Shown here: one piece after another, positions 39,901 to 51,900 of the stretch | Layout: each line of letters opens with the position of its first letter | Numbering within the stretch: the stretch's first letter is position 1 | From: Naegleria gruberi | Taxonomy: Eukaryota | NCBI GenBank assembly: GCA_000004985.1 | Contig: GG738854.1 | Strand: one strand, 5' to 3' | DNA length: 64,000 bases | Translations under genes and position numbers: made by a program | The notes under the pieces: generated by a model | The model's database searches: none | Seen by the model: the letters and a program-made list of their open reading frames with translations, nothing else | Told to the model about the DNA's origin: nothing

Positions 39901-42900
39901 NNNNNNNNNNNNNNNNNNNNNNNNNNNNNNNNNNNNNNNNNNNNNNNNNNNNNNNNNNNNNNNNNNNNNNNNNNNNNNNNNNNNNNNNNNNNNNNNNNNN
40001 NNNNNNNNNNNNNNNNNNNNNNNNNNNNNNNNNNNNNNNNNNNNNNNNNNNNNNNNNNNNNNNNNNNNNNNNNNNNNNNNNNNNNNNNNNNNNNNNNNNN
40101 NNNNNNNNNNNNNNNNNNNNNNNNNNNNNNNNNNNNNNNNNNNNNNNNNNNNNNNNNNNNNNNNNNNNNNNNNNNNNNNNNNNNNNNNNNNNNNNNNNNN
40201 NNNNNNNNNNNNNNNNNNNNNNNNNNNNNNNNNNNNNNNNNNNNNNNNNNNNNNNNNNNNNNNNNNNNNNNNNNNNNNNNNNNNNNNNNNNNNNNNNNNN
40301 NNNNNNNNNNNNNNNNNNNNNNNNNNNNNNNNNNNNNNNNNNNNNNNNNNNNNNNNNNNNNNNNNNNNNNNNNNNNNNNNNNNNNNNNNNNNNNNNNNNN
40401 NNNNNNNNNNNNNNNNNNNNNNNNNNNNNNNNNNNNNNNNNNNNNNNNNNNNNNNNNNNNNNNNNNNNNNNNNNNNNNNNNNNNNNNNNNNNNNNNNNNN
40501 NNNNNNNNNNNNNNNNNNNNNNNNNNNNNNNNNNNNNNNNNNNNNNNNNNNNNNNNNNNNNNNNNNNNNNNNNNNNNNNNNNNNNNNNNNNNNNNNNNNN
40601 NNNNNNNNNNNNNNNNNNNNNNNNNNNNNNNNNNNNNNNNNNNNNNNNNNNNNNNNNNNNNNNNNNNNNNNNNNNNNNNNNNNNNNNNNNNNNNNNNNNN
40701 NNNNNNNNNNNNNNNNNNNNNNNNNNNNNNNNNNNNNNNNNNNNNNNNNNNNNNNNNNNNNNNNNNNNNNNNNNNNNNNNNNNNNNNNNNNNNNNNNNNN
40801 NNNNNNNNNNNNNNNNNNNNNNNNNNNNNNNNNNNNNNNNNNNNNNNNNNNNNNNNNNNNNNNNNNNNNNNNNNNNNNNNNNNNNNNNNNNNNNNNNNNN
40901 NNNNNNNNNNNNNNNNNNNNNNNNNNNNNNNNNNNNNNNNNNNNNNNNNNNNNNNNNNNNNNNNNNNNNNNNNNNNNNNNNNNNNNNNNNNNNNNNNNNN
41001 NNNNNNNNNNNNNNNNNNNNNNNNNNNNNNNNNNNNNNNNNNNNNNNNNNNNNNNNNNNNNNNNNNNNNNNNNNNNNNNNNNNNNNNNNNNNNNNNNNNN
41101 NNNNNNNNNNNNNNNNNNNNNNNNNNNNNNNNNNNNNNNNNNNNNNNNNNNNNNNNNNNNNNNNNNNNNNNNNNNNNNNNNNNNNNNNNNNNNNNNNNNN
41201 NNNNNNNNNNNNNNNNNNNNNNNNNNNNNNNNNNNNNNNNNNNNNNNNNNNNNNNNNNNNNNNNNNNNNNNNNNNNNNNNNNNNNNNNNNNNNNNNNNNN
41301 NNNNNNNNNNNNNNNNNNNNNNNNNNNNNNNNNNNNNNNNNNNNNNNNNNNNNNNNNNNNNNNNNNNNNNNNNNNNNNNNNNNNNNNNNNNNNNNNNNNN
41401 NNNNNNNNNNNNNNNNNNNNNNNNNNNNNNNNNNNNNNNNNNNNNNNNNNNNNNNNNNNNNNNNNNNNNNNNNNNNNNNNNNNNNNNNNNNNNNNNNNNN
41501 NNNNNNNNNNNNNNNNNNNNNNNNNNNNNNNNNNNNNNNNNNNNNNNNNNNNNNNNNNNNNNNNNNNNNNNNNNNNNNNNNNNNNNNNNNNNNNNNNNNN
41601 NNNNNNNNNNNNNNNNNNNNNNNNNNNNNNNNNNNNNNNNNNNNNNNNNNNNNNNNNNNNNNNNNNNNNNNNNNNNNNNNNNNNNNNNNNNNNNNNNNNN
41701 NNNNNNNNNNNNNNNNNNNNNNNNNNNNNNNNNNNNNNNNNNNNNNNNNNNNNNNNNNNNNNNNNNNNNNNNNNNNNNNNNNNNNNNNNNNNNNNNNNNN
41801 NNNNNNNNNNNNNNNNNNNNNNNNNNNNNNNNNNNNNNNNNNNNNNNNNNNNNNNNNNNNNNNNNNNNNNNNNNNNNNNNNNNNNNNNNNNNNNNNNNNN
41901 NNNNNNNNNNNNNNNNNNNNNNNNNNNNNNNNNNNNNNNNNNNNNNNNNNNNNNNNNNNNNNNNNNNNNNNNNNNNNNNNNNNNNNNNNNNNNNNNNNNN
42001 NNNNNNNNNNNNNNNNNNNNNNNNNNNNNNNNNNNNNNNNNNNNNNNNNNNNNNNNNNNNNNNNNNNNNNNNNNNNNNNNNNNNNNNNNNNNNNNNNNNN
42101 NNNNNNNNNNNNNNNNNNNNNNNNNNNNNNNNNNNNNNNNNNNNNNNNNNNNNNNNNNNNNNNNNNNNNNNNNNNNNNNNNNNNNNNNNNNNNNNNNNNN
42201 NNNNNNNNNNNNNNNNNNNNNNNNNNNNNNNNNNNNNNNNNNNNNNNNNNNNNNNNNNNNNNNNNNNNNNNNNNNNNNNNNNNNNNNNNNNNNNNNNNNN
42301 NNNNNNNNNNNNNNNNNNNNNNNNNNNNNNNNNNNNNNNNNNNNNNNNNNNNNNNNNNNNNNNNNNNNNNNNNNNNNNNNNNNNNNNNNNNNNNNNNNNN
42401 NNNNNNNNNNNNNNNNNNNNNNNNNNNNNNNNNNNNNNNNNNNNNNNNNNNNNNNNNNNNNNNNNNNNNNNNNNNNNNNNNNNNNNNNNNNNNNNNNNNN
42501 NNNNNNNNNNNNNNNNNNNNNNNNNNNNNNNNNNNNNNNNNNNNNNNNNNNNNNNNNNNNNNNNNNNNNNNNNNNNNNNNNNNNNNNNNNNNNNNNNNNN
42601 NNNNNNNNNNNNNNNNNNNNNNNNNNNNNNNNNNNNNNNNNNNNNNNNNNNNNNNNNNNNNNNNNNNNNNNNNNNNNNNNNNNNNNNNNNNNNNNNNNNN
42701 NNNNNNNNNNNNNNNNNNNNNNNNNNNNNNNNNNNNNNNNNNNNNNNNNNNNNNNNNNNNNNNNNNNNNNNNNNNNNNNNNNNNNNNNNNNNNNNNNNNN
42801 NNNNNNNNNNNNNNNNNNNNNNNNNNNNNNNNNNNNNNNNNNNNNNNNNNNNNNNNNNNNNNNNNNNNNNNNNNNNNNNNNNNNNNNNNNNNNNNNNNNN

Positions 42901-45900
42901 NNNNNNNNNNNNNNNNNNNNNNNNNNNNNNNNNNNNNNNNNNNNNNNNNNNNNNNNNNNNNNNNNNNNNNNNNNNNNNNNNNNNNNNNNNNNNNNNNNNN
43001 NNNNNNNNNNNNNNNNNNNNNNNNNNNNNNNNNNNNNNNNNNNNNNNNNNNNNNNNNNNNNNNNNNNNNNNNNNNNNNNNNNNNNNNNNNNNNNNNNNNN
43101 NNNNNNNNNNNNNNNNNNNNNNNNNNNNNNNNNNNNNNNNNNNNNNNNNNNNNNNNNNNNNNNNNNNNNNNNNNNNNNNNNNNNNNNNNNNNNNNNNNNN
43201 NNNNNNNNNNNNNNNNNNNNNNNNNNNNNNNNNNNNNNNNNNNNNNNNNNNNNNNNNNNNNNNNNNNNNNNNNNNNNNNNNNNNNNNNNNNNNNNNNNNN
43301 NNNNNNNNNNNNNNNNNNNNNNNNNNNNNNNNNNNNNNNNNNNNNNNNNNNNNNNNNNNNNNNNNNNNNNNNNNNNNNNNNNNNNNNNNNNNNNNNNNNN
43401 NNNNNNNNNNNNNNNNNNNNNNNNNNNNNNNNNNNNNNNNNNNNNNNNNNNNNNNNNNNNNNNNNNNNNNNNNNNNNNNNNNNNNNNNNNNNNNNNNNNN
43501 NNNNNNNNNNNNNNNNNNNNNNNNNNNNNNNNNNNNNNNNNNNNNNNNNNNNNNNNNNNNNNNNNNNNNNNNNNNNNNNNNNNNNNNNNNNNNNNNNNNN
43601 NNNNNNNNNNNNNNNNNNNNNNNNNNNNNNNNNNNNNNNNNNNNNNNNNNNNNNNNNNNNNNNNNNNNNNNNNNNNNNNNNNNNNNNNNNNNNNNNNNNN
43701 NNNNNNNNNNNNNNNNNNNNNNNNNNNNNNNNNNNNNNNNNNNNNNNNNNNNNNNNNNNNNNNNNNNNNNNNNNNNNNNNNNNNNNNNNNNNNNNNNNNN
43801 NNNNNNNNNNNNNNNNNNNNNNNNNNNNNNNNNNNNNNNNNNNNNNNNNNNNNNNNNNNNNNNNNNNNNNNNNNNNNNNNNNNNNNNNNNNNNNNNNNNN
43901 NNNNNNNNNNNNNNNNNNNNNNNNNNNNNNNNNNNNNNNNNNNNNNNNNNNNNNNNNNNNNNNNNNNNNNNNNNNNNNNNNNNNNNNNNNNNNNNNNNNN
44001 NNNNNNNNNNNNNNNNNNNNNNNNNNNNNNNNNNNNNNNNNNNNNNNNNNNNNNNNNNNNNNNNNNNNNNNNNNNNNNNNNNNNNNNNNNNNNNNNNNNN
44101 NNNNNNNNNNNNNNNNNNNNNNNNNNNNNNNNNNNNNNNNNNNNNNNNNNNNNNNNNNNNNNNNNNNNNNNNNNNNNNNNNNNNNNNNNNNNNNNNNNNN
44201 NNNNNNNNNNNNNNNNNNNNNNNNNNNNNNNNNNNNNNNNNNNNNNNNNNNNNNNNNNNNNNNNNNNNNNNNNNNNNNNNNNNNNNNNNNNNNNNNNNNN
44301 NNNNNNNNNNNNNNNNNNNNNNNNNNNNNNNNNNNNNNNNNNNNNNNNNNNNNNNNNNNNNNNNNNNNNNNNNNNNNNNNNNNNNNNNNNNNNNNNNNNN
44401 NNNNNNNNNNNNNNNNNNNNNNNNNNNNNNNNNNNNNNNNNNNNNNNNNNNNNNNNNNNNNNNNNNNNNNNNNNNNNNNNNNNNNNNNNNNNNNNNNNNN
44501 NNNNNNNNNNNNNNNNNNNNNNNNNNNNNNNNNNNNNNNNNNNNNNNNNNNNNNNNNNNNNNNNNNNNNNNNNNNNNNNNNNNNNNNNNNNNNNNNNNNN
44601 NNNNNNNNNNNNNNNNNNNNNNNNNNNNNNNNNNNNNNNNNNNNNNNNNNNNNNNNNNNNNNNNNNNNNNNNNNNNNNNNNNNNNNNNNNNNNNNNNNNN
44701 NNNNNNNNNNNNNNNNNNNNNNNNNNNNNNNNNNNNNNNNNNNNNNNNNNNNNNNNNNNNNNNNNNNNNNNNNNNNNNNNNNNNNNNNNNNNNNNNNNNN
44801 NNNNNNNNNNNNNNNNNNNNNNNNNNNNNNNNNNNNNNNNNNNNNNNNNNNNNNNNNNNNNNNNNNNNNNNNNNNNNNNNNNNNNNNNNNNNNNNNNNNN
44901 NNNNNNNNNNNNNNNNNNNNNNNNNNNNNNNNNNNNNNNNNNNNNNNNNNNNNNNNNNNNNNNNNNNNNNNNNNNNNNNNNNNNNNNNNNNNNNNNNNNN
45001 NNNNNNNNNNNNNNNNNNNNNNNNNNNNNNNNNNNNNNNNNNNNNNNNNNNNNNNNNNNNNNNNNNNNNNNNNNNNNNNNNNNNNNNNNNNNNNNNNNNN
45101 NNNNNNNNNNNNNNNNNNNNNNNNNNNNNNNNNNNNNNNNNNNNNNNNNNNNNNNNNNNNNNNNNNNNNNNNNNNNNNNNNNNNNNNNNNNNNNNNNNNN
45201 NNNNNNNNNNNNNNNNNNNNNNNNNNNNNNNNNNNNNNNNNNNNNNNNNNNNNNNNNNNNNNNNNNNNNNNNNNNNNNNNNNNNNNNNNNNNNNNNNNNN
45301 NNNNNNNNNNNNNNNNNNNNNNNNNNNNNNNNNNNNNNNNNNNNNNNNNNNNNNNNNNNNNNNNNNNNNNNNNNNNNNNNNNNNNNNNNNNNNNNNNNNN
45401 NNNNNNNNNNNNNNNNNNNNNNNNNNNNNNNNNNNNNNNNNNNNNNNNNNNNNNNNNNNNNNNNNNNNNNNNNNNNNNNNNNNNNNNNNNNNNNNNNNNN
45501 NNNNNNNNNNNNNNNNNNNNNNNNNNNNNNNNNNNNNNNNNNNNNNNNNNNNNNNNNNNNNNNNNNNNNNNNNNNNNNNNNNNNNNNNNNNNNNNNNNNN
45601 NNNNNNNNNNNNNNNNNNNNNNNNNNNNNNNNNNNNNNNNNNNNNNNNNNNNNNNNNNNNNNNNNNNNNNNNNNNNNNNNNNNNNNNNNNNNNNNNNNNN
45701 NNNNNNNNNNNNNNNNNNNNNNNNNNNNNNNNNNNNNNNNNNNNNNNNNNNNNNNNNNNNNNNNNNNNNNNNNNNNNNNNNNNNNNNNNNNNNNNNNNNN
45801 NNNNNNNNNNNNNNNNNNNNNNNNNNNNNNNNNNNNNNNNNNNNNNNNNNNNNNNNNNNNNNNNNNNNNNNNNNNNNNNNNNNNNNNNNNNNNNNNNNNN

Positions 45901-48900
45901 NNNNNNNNNNNNNNNNNNNNNNNNNNNNNNNNNNNNNNNNNNNNNNNNNNNNNNNNNNNNNNNNNNNNNNNNNNNNNNNNNNNNNNNNNNNNNNNNNNNN
46001 NNNNNNNNNNNNNNNNNNNNNNNNNNNNNNNNNNNNNNNNNNNNNNNNNNNNNNNNNNNNNNNNNNNNNNNNNNNNNNNNNNNNNNNNNNNNNNNNNNNN
46101 NNNNNNNNNNNNNNNNNNNNNNNNNNNNNNNNNNNNNNNNNNNNNNNNNNNNNNNNNNNNNNNNNNNNNNNNNNNNNNNNNNNNNNNNNNNNNNNNNNNN
46201 NNNNNNNNNNNNNNNNNNNNNNNNNNNNNNNNNNNNNNNNNNNNNNNNNNNNNNNNNNNNNNNNNNNNNNNNNNNNNNNNNNNNNNNNNNNNNNNNNNNN
46301 NNNNNNNNNNNNNNNNNNNNNNNNNNNNNNNNNNNNNNNNNNNNNNNNNNNNNNNNNNNNNNNNNNNNNNNNNNNNNNNNNNNNNNNNNNNNNNNNNNNN
46401 NNNNNNNNNNNNNNNNNNNNNNNNNNNNNNNNNNNNNNNNNNNNNNNNNNNNNNNNNNNNNNNNNNNNNNNNNNNNNNNNNNNNNNNNNNNNNNNNNNNN
46501 NNNNNNNNNNNNNNNNNNNNNNNNNNNNNNNNNNNNNNNNNNNNNNNNNNNNNNNNNNNNNNNNNNNNNNNNNNNNNNNNNNNNNNNNNNNNNNNNNNNN
46601 NNNNNNNNNNNNNNNNNNNNNNNNNNNNNNNNNNNNNNNNNNNNNNNNNNNNNNNNNNNNNNNNNNNNNNNNNNNNNNNNNNNNNNNNNNNNNNNNNNNN
46701 NNNNNNNNNNNNNNNNNNNNNNNNNNNNNNNNNNNNNNNNNNNNNNNNNNNNNNNNNNNNNNNNNNNNNNNNNNNNNNNNNNNNNNNNNNNNNNNNNNNN
46801 NNNNNNNNNNNNNNNNNNNNNNNNNNNNNNNNNNNNNNNNNNNNNNNNNNNNNNNNNNNNNNNNNNNNNNNNNNNNNNNNNNNNNNNNNNNNNNNNNNNN
46901 NNNNNNNNNNNNNNNNNNNNNNNNNNNNNNNNNNNNNNNNNNNNNNNNNNNNNNNNNNNNNNNNNNNNNNNNNNNNNNNNNNNNNNNNNNNNNNNNNNNN
47001 NNNNNNNNNNNNNNNNNNNNNNNNNNNNNNNNNNNNNNNNNNNNNNNNNNNNNNNNNNNNNNNNNNNNNNNNNNNNNNNNNNNNNNNNNNNNNNNNNNNN
47101 NNNNNNNNNNNNNNNNNNNNNNNNNNNNNNNNNNNNNNNNNNNNNNNNNNNNNNNNNNNNNNNNNNNNNNNNNNNNNNNNNNNNNNNNNNNNNNNNNNNN
47201 NNNNNNNNNNNNNNNNNNNNNNNNNNNNNNNNNNNNNNNNNNNNNNNNNNNNNNNNNNNNNNNNNNNNNNNNNNNNNNNNNNNNNNNNNNNNNNNNNNNN
47301 NNNNNNNNNNNNNNNNNNNNNNNNNNNNNNNNNNNNNNNNNNNNNNNNNNNNNNNNNNNNNNNNNNNNNNNNNNNNNNNNNNNNNNNNNNNNNNNNNNNN
47401 NNNNNNNNNNNNNNNNNNNNNNNNNNNNNNNNNNNNNNNNNNNNNNNNNNNNNNNNNNNNNNNNNNNNNNNNNNNNNNNNNNNNNNNNNNNNNNNNNNNN
47501 NNNNNNNNNNNNNNNNNNNNNNNNNNNNNNNNNNNNNNNNNNNNNNNNNNNNNNNNNNNNNNNNNNNNNNNNNNNNNNNNNNNNNNNNNNNNNNNNNNNN
47601 NNNNNNNNNNNNNNNNNNNNNNNNNNNNNNNNNNNNNNNNNNNNNNNNNNNNNNNNNNNNNNNNNNNNNNNNNNNNNNNNNNNNNNNNNNNNNNNNNNNN
47701 NNNNNNNNNNNNNNNNNNNNNNNNNNNNNNNNNNNNNNNNNNNNNNNNNNNNNNNNNNNNNNNNNNNNNNNNNNNNNNNNNNNNNNNNNNNNNNNNNNNN
47801 NNNNNNNNNNNNNNNNNNNNNNNNNNNNNNNNNNNNNNNNNNNNNNNNNNNNNNNNNNNNNNNNNNNNNNNNNNNNNNNNNNNNNNNNNNNNNNNNNNNN
47901 NNNNNNNNNNNNNNNNNNNNNNNNNNNNNNNNNNNNNNNNNNNNNNNNNNNNNNNNNNNNNNNNNNNNNNNNNNNNNNNNNNNNNNNNNNNNNNNNNNNN
48001 NNNNNNNNNNNNNNNNNNNNNNNNNNNNNNNNNNNNNNNNNNNNNNNNNNNNNNNNNNNNNNNNNNNNNNNNNNNNNNNNNNNNNNNNNNNNNNNNNNNN
48101 NNNNNNNNNNNNNNNNNNNNNNNNNNNNNNNNNNNNNNNNNNNNNNNNNNNNNNNNNNNNNNNNNNNNNNNNNNNNNNNNNNNNNNNNNNNNNNNNNNNN
48201 NNNNNNNNNNNNNNNNNNNNNNNNNNNNNNNNNNNNNNNNNNNNNNNNNNNNNNNNNNNNNNNNNNNNNNNNNNNNNNNNNNNNNNNNNNNNNNNNNNNN
48301 NNNNNNNNNNNNNNNNNNNNNNNNNNNNNNNNNNNNNNNNNNNNNNNNNNNNNNNNNNNNNNNNNNNNNNNNNNNNNNNNNNNNNNNNNNNNNNNNNNNN
48401 NNNNNNNNNNNNNNNNNNNNNNNNNNNNNNNNNNNNNNNNNNNNNNNNNNNNNNNNNNNNNNNNNNNNNNNNNNNNNNNNNNNNNNNNNNNNNNNNNNNN
48501 NNNNNNNNNNNNNNNNNNNNNNNNNNNNNNNNNNNNNNNNNNNNNNNNNNNNNNNNNNNNNNNNNNNNNNNNNNNNNNNNNNNNNNNNNNNNNNNNNNNN
48601 NNNNNNNNNNNNNNNNNNNNNNNNNNNNNNNNNNNNNNNNNNNNNNNNNNNNNNNNNNNNNNNNNNNNNNNNNNNNNNNNNNNNNNNNNNNNNNNNNNNN
48701 NNNNNNNNNNNNNNNNNNNNNNNNNNNNNNNNNNNNNNNNNNNNNNNNNNNNNNNNNNNNNNNNNNNNNNNNNNNNNNNNNNNNNNNNNNNNNNNNNNNN
48801 NNNNNNNNNNNNNNNNNNNNNNNNNNNNNNNNNNNNNNNNNNNNNNNNNNNNNNNNNNNNNNNNNNNNNNNNNNNNNNNNNNNNNNNNNNNNNNNNNNNN

Positions 48901-51900
48901 NNNNNNNNNNNNNNNNNNNNNNNNNNNNNNNNNNNNNNNNNNNNNNNNNNNNNNNNNNNNNNNNNNNNNNNNNNNNNNNNNNNNNNNNNNNNNNNNNNNN
49001 NNNNNNNNNNNNNNNNNNNNNNNNNNNNNNNNNNNNNNNNNNNNNNNNNNNNNNNNNNNNNNNNNNNNNNNNNNNNNNNNNNNNNNNNNNNNNNNNNNNN
49101 NNNNNNNNNNNNNNNNNNNNNNNNNNNNNNNNNNNNNNNNNNNNNNNNNNNNNNNNNNNNNNNNNNNNNNNNNNNNNNNNNNNNNNNNNNNNNNNNNNNN
49201 NNNNNNNNNNNNNNNNNNNNNNNNNNNNNNNNNNNNNNNNNNNNNNNNNNNNNNNNNNNNNNNNNNNNNNNNNNNNNNNNNNNNNNNNNNNNNNNNNNNN
49301 NNNNNNNNNNNNNNNNNNNNNNNNNNNNNNNNNNNNNNNNNNNNNNNNNNNNNNNNNNNNNNNNNNNNNNNNNNNNNNNNNNNNNNNNNNNNNNNNNNNN
49401 NNNNNNNNNNNNNNNNNNNNNNNNNNNNNNNNNNNNNNNNNNNNNNNNNNNNNNNNNNNNNNNNNNNNNNNNNNNNNNNNNNNNNNNNNNNNNNNNNNNN
49501 NNNNNNNNNNNNNNNNNNNNNNNNNNNNNNNNNNNNNNNNNNNNNNNNNNNNNNNNNNNNNNNNNNNNNNNNNNNNNNNNNNNNNNNNNNNNNNNNNNNN
49601 NNNNNNNNNNNNNNNNNNNNNNNNNNNNNNNNNNNNNNNNNNNNNNNNNNNNNNNNNNNNNNNNNNNNNNNNNNNNNNNNNNNNNNNNNNNNNNNNNNNN
49701 NNNNNNNNNNNNNNNNNNNNNNNNNNNNNNNNNNNNNNNNNNNNNNNNNNNNNNNNNNNNNNNNNNNNNNNNNNNNNNNNNNNNNNNNNNNNNNNNNNNN
49801 NNNNNNNNNNNNNNNNNNNNNNNNNNNNNNNNNNNNNNNNNNNNNNNNNNNNNNNNNNNNNNNNNNNNNNNNNNNNNNNNNNNNNNNNNNNNNNNNNNNN
49901 NNNNNNNNNNNNNNNNNNNNNNNNNNNNNNNNNNNNNNNNNNNNNNNNNNNNNNNNNNNNNNNNNNNNNNNNNNNNNNNNNNNNNNNNNNNNNNNNNNNN
50001 NNNNNNNNNNNNNNNNNNNNNNNNNNNNNNNNNNNNNNNNNNNNNNNNNNNNNNNNNNNNNNNNNNNNNNNNNNNNNNNNNNNNNNNNNNNNNNNNNNNN
50101 NNNNNNNNNNNNNNNNNNNNNNNNNNNNNNNNNNNNNNNNNNNNNNNNNNNNNNNNNNNNNNNNNNNNNNNNNNNNNNNNNNNNNNNNNNNNNNNNNNNN
50201 NNNNNNNNNNNNNNNNNNNNNNNNNNNNNNNNNNNNNNNNNNNNNNNNNNNNNNNNNNNNNNNNNNNNNNNNNNNNNNNNNNNNNNNNNNNNNNNNNNNN
50301 NNNNNNNNNNNNNNNNNNNNNNNNNNNNNNNNNNNNNNNNNNNNNNNNNNNNNNNNNNNNNNNNNNNNNNNNNNNNNNNNNNNNNNNNNNNNNNNNNNNN
50401 NNNNNNNNNNNNNNNNNNNNNNNNNNNNNNNNNNNNNNNNNNNNNNNNNNNNNNNNNNNNNNNNNNNNNNNNNNNNNNNNNNNNNNNNNNNNNNNNNNNN
50501 NNNNNNNNNNNNNNNNNNNNNNNNNNNNNNNNNNNNNNNNNNNNNNNNNNNNNNNNNNNNNNNNNNNNNNNNNNNNNNNNNNNNNNNNNNNNNNNNNNNN
50601 NNNNNNNNNNNNNNNNNNNNNNNNNNNNNNNNNNNNNNNNNNNNNNNNNNNNNNNNNNNNNNNNNNNNNNNNNNNNNNNNNNNNNNNNNNNNNNNNNNNN
50701 NNNNNNNNNNNNNNNNNNNNNNNNNNNNNNNNNNNNNNNNNNNNNNNNNNNNNNNNNNNNNNNNNNNNNNNNNNNNNNNNNNNNNNNNNNNNNNNNNNNN
50801 NNNNNNNNNNNNNNNNNNNNNNNNNNNNNNNNNNNNNNNNNNNNNNNNNNNNNNNNNNNNNNNNNNNNNNNNNNNNNNNNNNNNNNNNNNNNNNNNNNNN
50901 NNNNNNNNNNNNNNNNNNNNNNNNNNNNNNNNNNNNNNNNNNNNNNNNNNNNNNNNNNNNNNNNNNNNNNNNNNNNNNNNNNNNNNNNNNNNNNNNNNNN
51001 NNNNNNNNNNNNNNNNNNNNNNNNNNNNNNNNNNNNNNNNNNNNNNNNNNNNNNNNNNNNNNNNNNNNNNNNNNNNNNNNNNNNNNNNNNNNNNNNNNNN
51101 NNNNNNNNNNNNNNNNNNNNNNNNNNNNNNNNNNNNNNNNNNNNNNNNNNNNNNNNNNNNNNNNNNNNNNNNNNNNNNNNNNNNNNNNNNNNNNNNNNNN
51201 NNNNNNNNNNNNNNNNNNNNNNNNNNNNNNNNNNNNNNNNNNNNNNNNNNNNNNNNNNNNNNNNNNNNNNNNNNNNNNNNNNNNNNNNNNNNNNNNNNNN
51301 NNNNNNNNNNNNNNNNNNNNNNNNNNNNNNNNNNNNNNNNNNNNNNNNNNNNNNNNNNNNNNNNNNNNNNNNNNNNNNNNNNNNNNNNNNNNNNNNNNNN
51401 NNNNNNNNNNNNNNNNNNNNNNNNNNNNNNNNNNNNNNNNNNNNNNNNNNNNNNNNNNNNNNNNNNNNNNNNNNNNNNNNNNNNNNNNNNNNNNNNNNNN
51501 NNNNNNNNNNNNNNNNNNNNNNNNNNNNNNNNNNNNNNNNNNNNNNNNNNNNNNNNNNNNNNNNNNNNNNNNNNNNNNNNNNNNNNNNNNNNNNNNNNNN
51601 NNNNNNNNNNNNNNNNNNNNNNNNNNNNNNNNNNNNNNNNNNNNNNNNNNNNNNNNNNNNNNNNNNNNNNNNNNNNNNNNNNNNNNNNNNNNNNNNNNNN
51701 NNNNNNNNNNNNNNNNNNNNNNNNNNNNNNNNNNNNNNNNNNNNNNNNNNNNNNNNNNNNNNNNNNNNNNNNNNNNNNNNNNNNNNNNNNNNNNNNNNNN
51801 NNNNNNNNNNNNNNNNNNNNNNNNNNNNNNNNNNNNNNNNNNNNNNNNNNNNNNNNNNNNNNNNNNNNNNNNNNNNNNNNNNNNNNNNNNNNNNNNNNNN